Program-made: the position numbers and the translations under genes
Source: Candidatus Hydrogenedentota bacterium
Lineage (GTDB): Bacteria; Hydrogenedentota; Hydrogenedentia; Hydrogenedentales; JAEUWI01
NCBI GenBank assembly: GCA_034669905.1
Contig: JAXMOL010000030.1
Location: 25,507-89,506 of the forward strand
Direction of reading: 5' to 3'
Length of the DNA: 64,000 nt
Shown: one piece after another, positions 38,710 to 48,812 of the stretch
How the letters are laid out: each line of letters begins with the position of its first letter
How positions within the stretch are numbered: the first letter of the stretch is position 1
Notes under the pieces: generated by a model
Seen by the model: only the letters and a program-made list of their open reading frames with translations
Database searches by the model: none
Told to the model about the DNA's origin: nothing

Positions 38710-38738
38710 TGTCCTCGTGGCCACTGCCCAATCGTTGT
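38710..38738 (+). promoter_or_regulatory. ECF-type promoter TGTCCT-N17-CGTTGT (probable autoregulatory promoter)
   Basis: Directly upstream of the YCII-ECF operon. Confidence 0.65.
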
Positions 38739-38784
38739 CTTATCAACGCGCCACGGCGCATCACCAACGACAGGAGATTGAATC

Positions 38785-39189
38785 ATGGACGTCGAAATGG
38801 AATCAGGCTACATGTTGCTCTTTCGGGGCACCGAGTGGGATAAAGACCTTTCCCCCGCACAAATTCAGGAGACCATGACCCGTTGGACCGATTGGTTTGA
38901 CGGGCTCATGGCAGACGGCCGGGCCAAGAGTGGACAACCGCTCGAAAGTACGGGCGTGGTCCTTTCCGGGAAAAACGGAGCCACCGTTTCGGATGGTCCC
39001 TTCGCCGAGGCCAAGGAAACCGTGGCGGGTTATTTCCTGCTCACTGTGGAGACCCTGGAAGAAGCGATGGCCATCGGGCGCCAGTGCCCGGCCCTGGAAC
39101 ATGGTATGCACGTCGAGGTGCGACCGGTTCGCGGAATGTGCCCCATGATGGAAAAGGCCGAGGCCTACGCGGCTGAAAACGCGGGTTGA
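38785..39189 (+). CDS. YCII-related (DGPF) protein
   Basis: DGPFAEAKE motif, VEVRPV. Confidence 0.92.
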   Translation: MDVEMESGYMLLFRGTEWDKDLSPAQIQETMTRWTDWFDGLMADGRAKSGQPLESTGVVLSGKNGATVSDGPFAEAKETVAGYFLLTVETLEEAMAIGRQCPALEHGMHVEVRPVRGMCPMMEKAEAYAAENAG

Positions 39190-39193
39190 CGGC

Positions 39194-40513
39194 GTGACCC
39201 CGCCGGAAGACAGGGCACCGGTCTATCAACAGGATACCGCCCGGGTCACCGAGCACCTCTTTCGTGACGAGGCCGGTAAACTCGTGGCGACCCTCACCCG
39301 TATGTTTGGCATGGGGCGCCTCCAGCTCGCGGAAGACGTGGTGCAGGAGGCCCTCATCCGTGCCATGCAGACCTGGCCCTACTATGGCATCCCGGAAAAC
39401 CCGGCGGCCTGGATTACCCAGACGGCCAAGAATCGGGCCCTGGATATCCTCCGCCGGGAGCAGAATTTTCGCAAGAAGGAAGCCGGGATTGTCGCCTTTC
39501 AGGAGGCCGGCCCCCTGGGTCAGCCGGGCCCACCCGACGTGGTTTTCGATTCGGAAATCGGGGATGACCGCCTGCGCATGATCTTTGCCTGTTGCCACCC
39601 GGCCATCCCCCGGGAGGCCCAGGTGGCCCTCACCCTCAAGACCCTGTGTGGCCTCAGTACGGCCGAAATCGCAGCGGCGTTCCTCGCCTCGGAAGCCGCC
39701 GTGGCCAAGCGATTGACCCGGGCGCGCAAGACTATTCGTGATGCCCACGTGCCCTTTGAGATTCCCCACGGTGAAGCCCTGTCTGAGCGCCTGGAAAGTG
39801 TTGAGCAATCCCTCTACCTCCTCTTCAATGAAGGCTACAAGGCATCCTCCGGCGAGTATCTTGTGCGCGAAGAACTGTGCCGGGAAGCCATTCGGCTCGT
39901 GGAATTGCTCACGGAGCACCCGGCAGGCGACCAGCCGCGAACCCATGCCCTCGCCGCCCTCATGTGCCTCAATGCCGCCCGCTTCAACGAGCGGCTGGGA
40001 GCCGAAGGCCAGTTACTCCGGCTACAGGACCAGGACCGCAGCCAATGGGACCGCACCCTTATCGCCCGGGGCATGTATCACCTGGGTAAGGCCGCCTCGG
40101 GCCAGGAATTGAGCGCCTACCACATCCAGGCGGGCATCGCGGCCTGTCATTGCACGGCGGCAGATTTCGAAGCGACAAACTGGCCCCAGATCCTCGCGCT
40201 CTACGATGCATGGGTCGCCCAGGACAACTCCCCCATTGTGGCTCTCAACCGCGCCGTCGCCCTGGCCCACGTGGAGGGACCTGCCGCAGCCAAGGCCGCC
40301 GTGGACGCCATCGCGCGCAAGAAACCCCTGGAAGGCTATTATCTCTATGATGCCGTCTTGGGGGACCTGGAGGAGCAGTTGGGCCATCACGACGGGGCCG
40401 CGCTGCACTTCGGCCGGGCCGCGGAACGGACGGCAATCGAGTCGGAGCGGGCCTTCCTCTTAAAACGCCAGGACGGATGCCACAAGGCGGCCACGCTGGT
40501 CGGGTTAGAATAG
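39194..40513 (+). CDS. ECF sigma factor, ECF42-type with C-terminal TPR-like extension
   Basis: AEDVVQEA, DDRLRMIFACCHP, LLFNEGY, LQDQDRSQWD, LNRAVA. Confidence 0.93.
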   Translation: MTPPEDRAPVYQQDTARVTEHLFRDEAGKLVATLTRMFGMGRLQLAEDVVQEALIRAMQTWPYYGIPENPAAWITQTAKNRALDILRREQNFRKKEAGIVAFQEAGPLGQPGPPDVVFDSEIGDDRLRMIFACCHPAIPREAQVALTLKTLCGLSTAEIAAAFLASEAAVAKRLTRARKTIRDAHVPFEIPHGEALSERLESVEQSLYLLFNEGYKASSGEYLVREELCREAIRLVELLTEHPAGDQPRTHALAALMCLNAARFNERLGAEGQLLRLQDQDRSQWDRTLIARGMYHLGKAASGQELSAYHIQAGIAACHCTAADFEATNWPQILALYDAWVAQDNSPIVALNRAVALAHVEGPAAAKAAVDAIARKKPLEGYYLYDAVLGDLEEQLGHHDGAALHFGRAAERTAIESERAFLLKRQDGCHKAATLVGLE

Positions 40514-40627
40514 GGCAACGACCATCTATCCCGCCCCCCCTCTGTGTGCAGAAAGTTTATATGGTTCATCGGCATGTAGAGGGTGCTTGGATTGCCCCCT
40601 CCACCAAAACAAACCAAACCCAACAGT

Positions 40628-41056
40628 CGTGCCGCGCGATCCGGTATTCCCGGTTCGTGCGTGAATTGGGAGATACGATCAGGTCACTCTATAGAGGTCC
40701 CGTCCTGGGCCAAGGGAAATACACTAATAGCCCAATGAGGTCCTACAGCTCCTTCGCACGAACTGGAGTACCAGATCGCGCGGCACGTCCATTTTCGAAT
40801 AGCTCCTCCCCAGTCATTGGTCATGAATCATTTATTCTGTGCCACGTCCACGACGCGCCGGAGGTGGGCGATGGCGAGCTACGCGAGATTTCGTGTGCAT
40901 GGAGCCCTCTCGACGTCAGGCCACGCAGAATGATTCAAATCGGGCGTCCCCTATCACCCGGGAATGGACGCCCTCGTCAGTCGTGTTGCTTGAGAATGAG
41001 TTTCTCCTTTCCTCCACGCACACGAAACCTCGTGGAACTCGGCATCGCGTGGCACG
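40628..41056. repeat. Two doublets of degenerate inverted repeats
   Basis: 40628-40661 pairs with 40755-40787, and 40868-40904 pairs with 41012-41056; shared CGTGCCRCGCGAT...TTCGTG core. Confidence 0.7.
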
Positions 41057-41133
41057 GGGTTCACGGGACTTCGTCCGATTGAACTTTCCATACACGCGCC
41101 GCATTCGTTTCCGTTCCGGCCGAAGAGCTTTTT

Positions 41134-41264
41134 CTCGTTCCCCTGCTCCGCGTGGGAATGCAGACCACGGTGATTCAGCCGAACTCCCCTGCCCCACGAC
41201 AACTCCTCCTCCCCCCTACGCGGAGCGTAGGAAAAGGCATTTCCACGCAGAGCATGGGAACGAG
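41134..41264. repeat. REPIN-like element, copy 1
   Basis: Arms CTCGTTCCCCTGCTCCGCGTGGGAATGC / GCATTTCCACGCAGAGCATGGGAACGAG. Confidence 0.85.
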
Positions 41265-41332
41265 CAGAACTCTGGAAAACCCGCAGTCCATTGGTTCTTC
41301 CTGCGCTCTCCCAGGCCGTGGGCCTTGCCGTA

Positions 41333-42510
41333 TCAGCGACGCGACGCCGGTGCTGTCCCCTCACCACGTCTCTTACGAACCATAATGACTCCACCAAGTA
41401 ACAATACTGCCAAGGCAATTGAAAGTATCAGCCAAGTACCCCCCGATGAACTCTGCTCCGTCCCATCTGGTGATGGATTCGTGACGTCAACTTCTTTAGG
41501 AAGCGCCCTGGCTATGGATGGGTTCGCAATTCTGGCACTAGCCCCTGGCCCGTCACTATCGGACAAGGCTACCCCATCTGTCGGCACGGGATCACCCTCA
41601 CCACGATCCGCTTCCATGTTTTCTCGAAGTTGCTCCAGTGACTCAGCGACTGCCACCCGCACGGGACCGTTCTCGGCGTCCGCCTGCGCATCCGCGATCG
41701 CCTGTGCCCGAACCGCCCATTCCTCGACTCCCACATAGGCCAACGCCGCTCCGGTCCTCCGTGACGCTTCATCGGGATAAAAGTGATTAACGCGCTCGGC
41801 TAATTCATTGAGCACCCGTGCCGCCGCATCAAATTCCCCTATAGAGGAATAGGCCGTTCCCAAATGATACAACACCCCAGGATTTTTTCATCGTCATCGG
41901 AAGTAAACACACGAGCCTCTTCCCCCATGCGCACGACATCCTCCCATCGTCCCAATTGTCGATAGGTGTCTGTCAATTGACGACGCAGCCGTCCTTGTTG
42001 GTGCTCAGAAATAACCTCGTCTCCCAAGCTGTACAAGGACTCGAATATAGTTGCAGCCGTCTCATAATCCCGCTGCTTCGTAGCCAGCAGGGCGTTACGA
42101 TACCGGAGAAGGAAGCCCCACTCCGTATCCGCTCCGCCGCCATTCAGCTCGCGAATCGCCACGGTTTCTCGGGCATAATGCACGCTCAGGTGACGTTCTT
42201 GCGCAACCGACAGGCTATAGGCCACACGATCCCCCTCTGCTTCGGGGAGCCGTAAAATAAGACGTTCTGCTACCGTGGCAAATTCTGAAAAGTACTCCTC
42301 TGAATTTGCAAATTCCAGAAAGCGGCCCAGCAATTGGTTTCTCGCTTCATCACTCGTGGACGTCAAAATCTCCGCCTCCAATTGGTTTAAATCTACCGCC
42401 CCGGATTCCATGTTCGCGGAGATACGGTCCTGAGCCCATGTACTTACGGGCAGCGTGGACAGCAGTGTCAGATATATAATCAATCGAGATGAGAATGTTT
42501 CCCTTGACAT
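41333..42510 (-). pseudogene. Secreted TPR-like protein with C-terminal TM anchor, split by a one-base frameshift
   Basis: ORFs 41839-42510 and 41333-41875 overlap; one extra A in the A6 run near 41885 joins them (EKNPGVLYHLG). Confidence 0.65.
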
Positions 42511-42636
42511 CAGATTCGAACCCTTCTTAGAGCTACGCCATTGAAAGAAATCGAAGGATCGGCAGCTTCAAACACAGCCTCTGCAATAGCATTGTCGGCG
42601 TGTCCGCTCTAGGAAGCGCAGCTGAGAACCAATGGG

Positions 42637-42763
42637 CAGACTACGATTTACCTCTTGTAGTCCTTTTCGTCCGACACCGTATCTCGGGCTATACGCGCCT
42701 AGCTCAGTGCACATCGGGAAACTGTTTGAACATTCTATTGCGTACCCTGTCCATTTGATGCCC
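42637..42763. repeat. ~126-bp direct repeat, copy 1
   Basis: Closely similar to 43257-43382. Confidence 0.9.
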
Positions 42764-42784
42764 CTCAGCGCTTCTTCGGGAGCA

Positions 42785-43192
42785 TTACCACAGGCCCTTC
42801 GTCTTAACCCCCGTAAATTCATCCCATGCCCTGCAGTGTTCTTTTGATTCCCGTCCCAGAAATGGGAGAAGAATCGCAATGTCAAAGGCATCGGTATCAG
42901 CCGTATGGAGGATACACTCCAGCGCCCCAGTCGCCACAGCTGCCTTGACCGATTGGGTACCATGGACCAAGAGTTCCTCGATTGTACTCAGGACGTTAGC
43001 CAACTCTGACCGGTCCATTGCTACCGCGTGAGTGCACAAGCACGATCCGAATTCTTCAAATACACATGTACTAGGCGGCGTTTCCGGTGACCAATACTCG
43101 ACGATAGATCCGTACGCATTTTTCATATGGCCCGATGACCTGGTCATACGTTGGATTGCGTCTTCTGTTTCTATCATCGTCCCCTGTACCAT
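42785..43192 (-). CDS. Hypothetical protein, immunity-protein-like
   Basis: IEELL..G...VKAAVATGALE...LGRESKEHCRAWDEF pattern; AAAGGA RBS. Confidence 0.6.
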   Translation of the reverse strand: MVQGTMIETEDAIQRMTRSSGHMKNAYGSIVEYWSPETPPSTCVFEEFGSCLCTHAVAMDRSELANVLSTIEELLVHGTQSVKAAVATGALECILHTADTDAFDIAILLPFLGRESKEHCRAWDEFTGVKTKGLW

Positions 43193-43256
43193 GCTTCAAT
43201 TTCCTTTCAGAGCATCTAGTATACCCAAAATCACATCCTCTATTGAGAACCGAGGC

Positions 43257-43382
43257 CAGACTACGATTTACCTCTTGTAATCCTTATCGTCCGCCACCGT
43301 ATCTCGGGCTATACGCGCCTAGTCAGTGCACCTCAGGAAACAGTTTGAACATTCTATTACGTACTCTGTCCCTTTGATGCCC
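43257..43382. repeat. ~126-bp direct repeat, copy 2
   Basis: Closely similar to 42637-42763. Confidence 0.9.
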
Positions 43383-43389
43383 TGGGGCT

Positions 43390-43617
43390 TTAGCGATTGC
43401 CTTCGCGGGACTCTCGGACCGCGTCCAGGATATCCTGGGTCGTGGCCTTGGGCCTGGTCTTGAGGCAGGGCACATCCAACGGCGACGCCTTTTGCGGCTT
43501 GAAGACCACGCTGAACGCATCGCCACCACGACGGGTAATAAGCACTTCTTCATTCCGTGCGATATACAACACTTCCGACAATCGCTGACGTGCCTGGGAA
43601 TACGTATATTGTTTCAT
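43390..43617 (-). CDS. Phd/YefM family antitoxin (orphan)
   Basis: MKQYTYSQARQRLSEVL...EEVLITRRGG. Confidence 0.85.
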   Translation of the reverse strand: MKQYTYSQARQRLSEVLYIARNEEVLITRRGGDAFSVVFKPQKASPLDVPCLKTRPKATTQDILDAVRESREGNR

Positions 43618-43635
43618 GTCGGCAACTCCATTTTT

Positions 43636-43789
43636 CTCGTTCCCATGCTCCGCGTGGGAATGCAGATCACGACGCTCCGCGTCGACAGACCACGATGATT
43701 CAGGCGAACTCCCCTGACACCACGACAACGCCGCCCCCCCCTACGCGGAGCGTAGGAAAAGGCATTCCCACGCAGAGCATGGGAACGAG
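43636..43789. repeat. REPIN-like element, copy 2
   Basis: Same arms and spacer as 41134-41264, plus a ~23-bp insertion. Confidence 0.85.
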
Positions 43790-44027
43790 CAGAAACCTGG
43801 AAAACCCGTAGTCCCCCCTTTTGTTCTCCCGGCGTCCAACTATCTCCGAGGCATTGGACGCCCTCGTTAATCGTGTGTTTGTCAGAATGGAGATCTTCGC
43901 TCCTCCACGCACCCTTAAAGCCACTCGTGCCTCGTGTCTGTAAGGGTGGCACCCCTGCGGCATCATCCTCTATCTCACCGCCTGTGTCACGGGGTCTATG
44001 ACTTGGTCTTCCATTCTTAGCCCCGAT

Positions 44028-45308
44028 TCACCCCCGGCCCAAGACGGCGCCAAAACTACGGGGATCGGGCAGGGCGGCATCGCCGACGATGTTCTGCGTG
44101 CTGTATTCGGTGATATCCACAAAGGCCGAGTTCTTTTCTGCTGATTCGTAGGCCGCCATGACGAGGGCCATGGTGTCCCAGGCAAGGAGGGCACCGGATT
44201 GGGGATAGCGCTTGTCTGAGAGGGCACAGGCTACCGCATCGTCCATCTCGTTGACGTAGCCGTGGGCGTGAAACTGGCGGGGCCGTGGGAAGGACGTGCC
44301 CTGTGCGGTGGGGAGTTTTTCCCGCAACAACACATCGCCAATCACGTCACCGTCGGGCAAAAAGAGCTCGTTTTCGTTATTGGGATTGAGGCCCATGTCG
44401 TATTCGGCAAAGTCGGTAATAACGGAAAAACGATTCTTGATGCCGCTGATGCTCAGGTCGTAGCCGTACAGTTCCGCCACGGTGCCATCTTCAAACACGA
44501 CGGTCATGCGGGCGAAGTCATCCACGTTCTGCATGACGCGGAAGTGTTCTCCGGCGGACTCTTCCTGGCCTTTCAAAATCTGGAGGGCCACGGCCGATAC
44601 GCGCACCGGACGAATCGGCTTGCCTTCCCGGAGCATCCCTTCCACCTGCTTGAGATAGAGGGCCGATCCCAGGGGATGACAGGCCTTGTTGAACAGGGAG
44701 CCACCGCCCGATTTGGCGGGGGTATCGTAATCAATGGCGTGGGAACCCTGGTGGGCACAGACGCCCTGCTGGAGGATGACCTTCCCTTTGCCGCTGCCCT
44801 GGGCCTCCCGCATGAGTTCCACAAGGGCTTTCATGCCATCGACATAGACGAAATTCTCGGCGTAGAGCAGCTTGGCCCCGTGCTTCGCCACCGCTTCCAA
44901 CACCTCCTGCAAAGCATCCATGGACTCGCGCTTCCGAGTTTCGGCATCCGCCTGCCGTCCTTCCGGATAGCCCGGCCAGATGAGGGGCGGCTTCTCCAGC
45001 ACGATGACCTTCACGCCCGCCTCGGCGGCCTCCTTGACGAATTGTCCATGCACGTAGTTGGCGCAGGCGATACAATCAATATCAGGCTGCACCTTCTCCA
45101 ACATCTCCTGGTGGGAGTCGAAGGCGTGATCCACGCCGTGGCGTTTGGCGAAGAGCTTGGCGTTGCCCAGGTTGCCGGAATTGACGCCCGCCAGATGGAG
45201 ATTGACCCCATTGCGGTGGGGCAACATGCCGAAGCTGCGGGCCACGAAGTCACCAGCAAATCCGGTGCCGCTGATGGTAATGTTGAGGGTCTTGGTTTCG
45301 TTTTCCAA
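44028..45308 (-). CDS. Gfo/Idh/MocA oxidoreductase
   Basis: SGTGFAG, VLEKP, YAENFVY, SGGGSLFNKACHP. Confidence 0.88.
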   Translation of the reverse strand: MENETKTLNITISGTGFAGDFVARSFGMLPHRNGVNLHLAGVNSGNLGNAKLFAKRHGVDHAFDSHQEMLEKVQPDIDCIACANYVHGQFVKEAAEAGVKVIVLEKPPLIWPGYPEGRQADAETRKRESMDALQEVLEAVAKHGAKLLYAENFVYVDGMKALVELMREAQGSGKGKVILQQGVCAHQGSHAIDYDTPAKSGGGSLFNKACHPLGSALYLKQVEGMLREGKPIRPVRVSAVALQILKGQEESAGEHFRVMQNVDDFARMTVVFEDGTVAELYGYDLSISGIKNRFSVITDFAEYDMGLNPNNENELFLPDGDVIGDVLLREKLPTAQGTSFPRPRQFHAHGYVNEMDDAVACALSDKRYPQSGALLAWDTMALVMAAYESAEKNSAFVDITEYSTQNIVGDAALPDPRSFGAVLGRG

Positions 45309-45336
45309 GGGATTCTCCGAAAGTATCAAAGGTCTT

Positions 45337-45525
45337 AACCACGAACAAACACGAATTTACACGAATTCTTATCTACGTTGTCTACAGGACCGCGCGCGCG
45401 AAGCGTCCGAAAAACGGGAAGAGTGATTAACCACAGAGAACGCAAAGAACACAGAATAGTGTATCGCACCTTTTGAGCGACCGTCGCCGTCTTTCATTCG
45501 TGTAAATTTGTGTCTATTCGTGGTT
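45337..45525. repeat. 30-bp inverted repeat of ACACGAA-type tandem units
   Basis: 45337-45366 pairs with 45496-45525, with three mismatches. Confidence 0.8.
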
Positions 45526-45546
45526 CAAACCGATTTCATCATGTCA

Positions 45547-47835
45547 TCACTTCCGCATAATTTCCGCCGTCACCTTCTCGGGGTCAAAGTATTTCAGGCG
45601 CAACGAATTGGCGATTACGTTTAAGGAACTCAGGGCCATGCACACTTCCGCCACTACGGGATGAAGCAGCCCCACCATGGCCAAAGGCACCATGAGCAGG
45701 TTGTAGCCAAAGGCCCAGAATAGATTCTGCACGATCTTGTAGTAGGTGGCTTTCCCAAGTTGTATAACCGCCACCAGCGCCATCAAGTCACCCTTCACCA
45801 GCGTGATATCCGCCGATTCCATGGCGATATCTGTCCCCGTGCCCAGCGCGATGCCAATGTCGGCCGTGGCCAGGGCGCCAGCATCGTTGATGCCATCCCC
45901 CACCATGCCCACCGTGCCAATGGTCTCCTTCTTAAGCTTGGCAATCTCACGGGCCTTGTCCTGAGGGAGCACGTCAGCAATCACCCGCTCGATACCCACC
46001 TGGTCCGCCACCACCTCGGCCGTAGCGCGGTTATCACCCGTGATCATAATGCACTTAATCTGCATCTGCTTGAGAATCTTGATAGCCCGCACCGATTCGG
46101 GCTTCAGCGTGTCGGCGAGTCCGATAATCCCAACGACCTTGCCGTCCCGCGCCACGAGCGCCACGGTCTTGGCTTCCCGCTGCATCTGGTAGAGGGCATG
46201 TTCCACAGGTGCGGTATCCACTCCGCCGTCCTTGAGCAAGGCGGGCTTGCCTACCAGCACCACGGCCTCATCGATACACGCACGGGTGCCCTTTCCGGGA
46301 ATGGCTTCGAAATCACTGGCCTCCAGCGCCTCGCACCGTGAGCGACCTGCCTCCTCCACGATGGCCTTCGCGAGGGGGTGTTCTGAATACGCCGAAACGC
46401 CTGCCGCCCAGGCCAACAACTCCTGGCGGGTCACCCCGGTCACCGTCTCCACCGCCGTAACTTTCGGTCGGCCATGGGTGAGTGTGCCGGTCTTATCAAA
46501 ACACAGGAGAGTCAGTTCCTTGAGCCACTGTACTGCGGCCCCTTCGCGAATGAGGAGTCCCCGTTCGGCGGCCTGTCCCGTGCCCACCATGACCGCCGTG
46601 GGCGTGGCCAGGCCCATGGCGCAGGGACAGGAAATGACCAACACGGCGACGGCGGAAAATATCGCCATACTCAGGCGGGACGTCTCGCCCGACGGCACCC
46701 AGGGCAAATAGGGCACGGCCCACGCACTGAGGGCCTCCATCATTTCCGGCACGGTCAGCCAGAAAACCGCCGTCACCACCGCGACACCCAATACCAGCGG
46801 CACGAAGACGGCCGTTATCTGATCGGCGAAGCCCTGGATGGCGGGCTTGGAGGCCTGGGCCTCCTGTACCATCTGGGCCACCTGGGCCAGGAAGGTCTCA
46901 TCGCCCACCTTCATGGCACGCACTTCCAGCGCACCGGTGGTATTTATCGTGGCCCCGATGACCGGGTCCCCCACGCCCCTATCCACGGGGATAGATTCAC
47001 CCGTGGCCATGGACTCATCAATGGCGCTGTGTCCCGCTATGACTTCACCGTCCGTCGGAATTTTCTCGCCCGGCTGAATGACCATGACGTCACCGACCTG
47101 CAGCGCGTCGATGGGCACCTCCACCACCTCGTCTCCTCGCCGCACCCGGGCCGTCTTCGCCCCCAGCTCCAGCAGACGGCGAATGGCCTGGGAAGCCCGC
47201 CCCCGTGCCTGGGCCTCGAGAAAACGCCCCGTGAGGTGGAAGGCCATAATCATCGAAGAGACCGCGGCGAAGCTGGCCACGTCCATGCCGAAAAGGTGCA
47301 TGGGACCCGTGCTCCAGGCCGCCAGGGTACCAATGGCGATCAGGGCATCCATGGAAGGGGCCTTGGCGCGAAGGGTCGCCCACCCTTTTTTGTAGGTCTC
47401 GGCACCGGACACCACCAGTACCGGCAAGGCCAGCAGTACTTCCAGCCATCCCCAGAAAGGGACCATCCAGAGTCCGGTCATATGTAGTAACATCAAAAGG
47501 GCGATGGGCCCGGTCAAGGCCCAGGCGAGGACACAACGCTGACGGGCGACGGCCAGGTTTTCCAGGGAAACATCAATGTCATATTCCGAGCGCGAAGCGT
47601 CTTTCTCGACCGCTCCAAAGCCCAGCTCCTCGACCGTGGCGATAATTTCTTCCGGGCCAATGGTGTCGGGCAGCACCTGCACGACGGCCTCTTCGGTCAT
47701 GAGGTTTACCGTGGCCTCTTCGATGCCTTCCAGGTCCTGCAGGGCGGTTTCCACGCGGCGCACACATCCGGCACAGGTCATGCCGGTAATTCGAAATCGA
47801 TGGGGAATGGATTCAGGGGTAGTAGCGTCCGTCAT
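45547..47835 (-). CDS. copA: Cu(+)-type P1B ATPase
   Basis: GMTCAGC, TGES, CPC, DKTGTLT, SEHP, GDGIND, YN...MALSS. Confidence 0.93.
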   Translation of the reverse strand: MTDATTPESIPHRFRITGMTCAGCVRRVETALQDLEGIEEATVNLMTEEAVVQVLPDTIGPEEIIATVEELGFGAVEKDASRSEYDIDVSLENLAVARQRCVLAWALTGPIALLMLLHMTGLWMVPFWGWLEVLLALPVLVVSGAETYKKGWATLRAKAPSMDALIAIGTLAAWSTGPMHLFGMDVASFAAVSSMIMAFHLTGRFLEAQARGRASQAIRRLLELGAKTARVRRGDEVVEVPIDALQVGDVMVIQPGEKIPTDGEVIAGHSAIDESMATGESIPVDRGVGDPVIGATINTTGALEVRAMKVGDETFLAQVAQMVQEAQASKPAIQGFADQITAVFVPLVLGVAVVTAVFWLTVPEMMEALSAWAVPYLPWVPSGETSRLSMAIFSAVAVLVISCPCAMGLATPTAVMVGTGQAAERGLLIREGAAVQWLKELTLLCFDKTGTLTHGRPKVTAVETVTGVTRQELLAWAAGVSAYSEHPLAKAIVEEAGRSRCEALEASDFEAIPGKGTRACIDEAVVLVGKPALLKDGGVDTAPVEHALYQMQREAKTVALVARDGKVVGIIGLADTLKPESVRAIKILKQMQIKCIMITGDNRATAEVVADQVGIERVIADVLPQDKAREIAKLKKETIGTVGMVGDGINDAGALATADIGIALGTGTDIAMESADITLVKGDLMALVAVIQLGKATYYKIVQNLFWAFGYNLLMVPLAMVGLLHPVVAEVCMALSSLNVIANSLRLKYFDPEKVTAEIMRK

Positions 47836-48050
47836 GGGGGTCTTTCCTTCTACTGCGGGACCCCTATTATGGATCACCGCTGCGGGTGAAGGCACGCGGG
47901 GAGTAAAGAGGGGGACAGCACCGACGTCATGAACTCACTCCACCCCAATGCACCGCGTGGCCAACGGGCACACTTTCCCCCGGGTCGAAACCGTGATAGT
48001 CGGGGCCGTCCCCCGCTTAGCAGGGATTCCCGCGCCCCCTTATTCCTCCC

Positions 48051-48773
48051 TCAGGTGGCGTCGTAGAGACTGCGCCACCGCAATAGCTTCATCGGCATGG
48101 TGAACCAACCCGAATCGTGCACCGGGATGGGTTCATATTGCACATGACCCCGTCCGGGATCGGCCTGCATCCACGTCTTGTCCCCCACATAGACCAAGGT
48201 GTGCACGCCGTTCATCGTGACGGCAATGTCGCCCGGCAGCAAGCGCCCATGGTCCAGGTCATTCAGGGAAGGCACCTCAAAAAGCAGTACCGTTCTGTCT
48301 TGATATTCCTCGCCCATGGCCTTGGCCGAAGCATCGTACCACCACAGGCTACACGCCTCACGGATTGGTCGGCCATTGAGGGTCTTCAAGCCCAACCCCA
48401 TATTCGCTGTGATATAGCCTTTTCGGACCAGACCGGAGCAGTCGATGCCCAGTCGGTTCTCCCCACCCCACGAATAGGTCGTCCCTTCATAGGGCTTGAG
48501 GGACTCCATGTAGGCACTTCGGAGCACCGTCGGGTCCACCGCCCGCCCGGGTAGCAAGAGTGGCGTAACAACGAGGAGGCCGATGGCAATCAGGCTATAA
48601 CGCAACCAATGGCGTTTCCAATAGAGCAGCACGCCGGCCACCAATTGCCCCGAAAACAGGAGAATAACAGCGAGGCGCAGGATGCCGCGGCTTTCTGGTT
48701 GGATAACGAGTGCGAGCCAAAGGAGCCAGACGAATACCCAGAGCAGCTTCATCATTTTAACGCGTCGAGTCAT
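48051..48773 (-). CDS. Membrane-anchored NlpC/P60 family protein
   Basis: N-terminal TM helices; YSWGGE..GIDCSGLV, PGD, HTLVY. Confidence 0.8.
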   Translation of the reverse strand: MTRRVKMMKLLWVFVWLLWLALVIQPESRGILRLAVILLFSGQLVAGVLLYWKRHWLRYSLIAIGLLVVTPLLLPGRAVDPTVLRSAYMESLKPYEGTTYSWGGENRLGIDCSGLVRKGYITANMGLGLKTLNGRPIREACSLWWYDASAKAMGEEYQDRTVLLFEVPSLNDLDHGRLLPGDIAVTMNGVHTLVYVGDKTWMQADPGRGHVQYEPIPVHDSGWFTMPMKLLRWRSLYDAT

Positions 48774-48812
48774 CTCTACCCCTTCGCAGTGTAGCCGCAC
48801 ACCAAATTGCGC

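Noticed and set aside
42637..43382. Integron attC sites
   Set aside because: No clear RYYYAAC/GTTRRRY ends or long imperfect palindrome, and no intI in the window.
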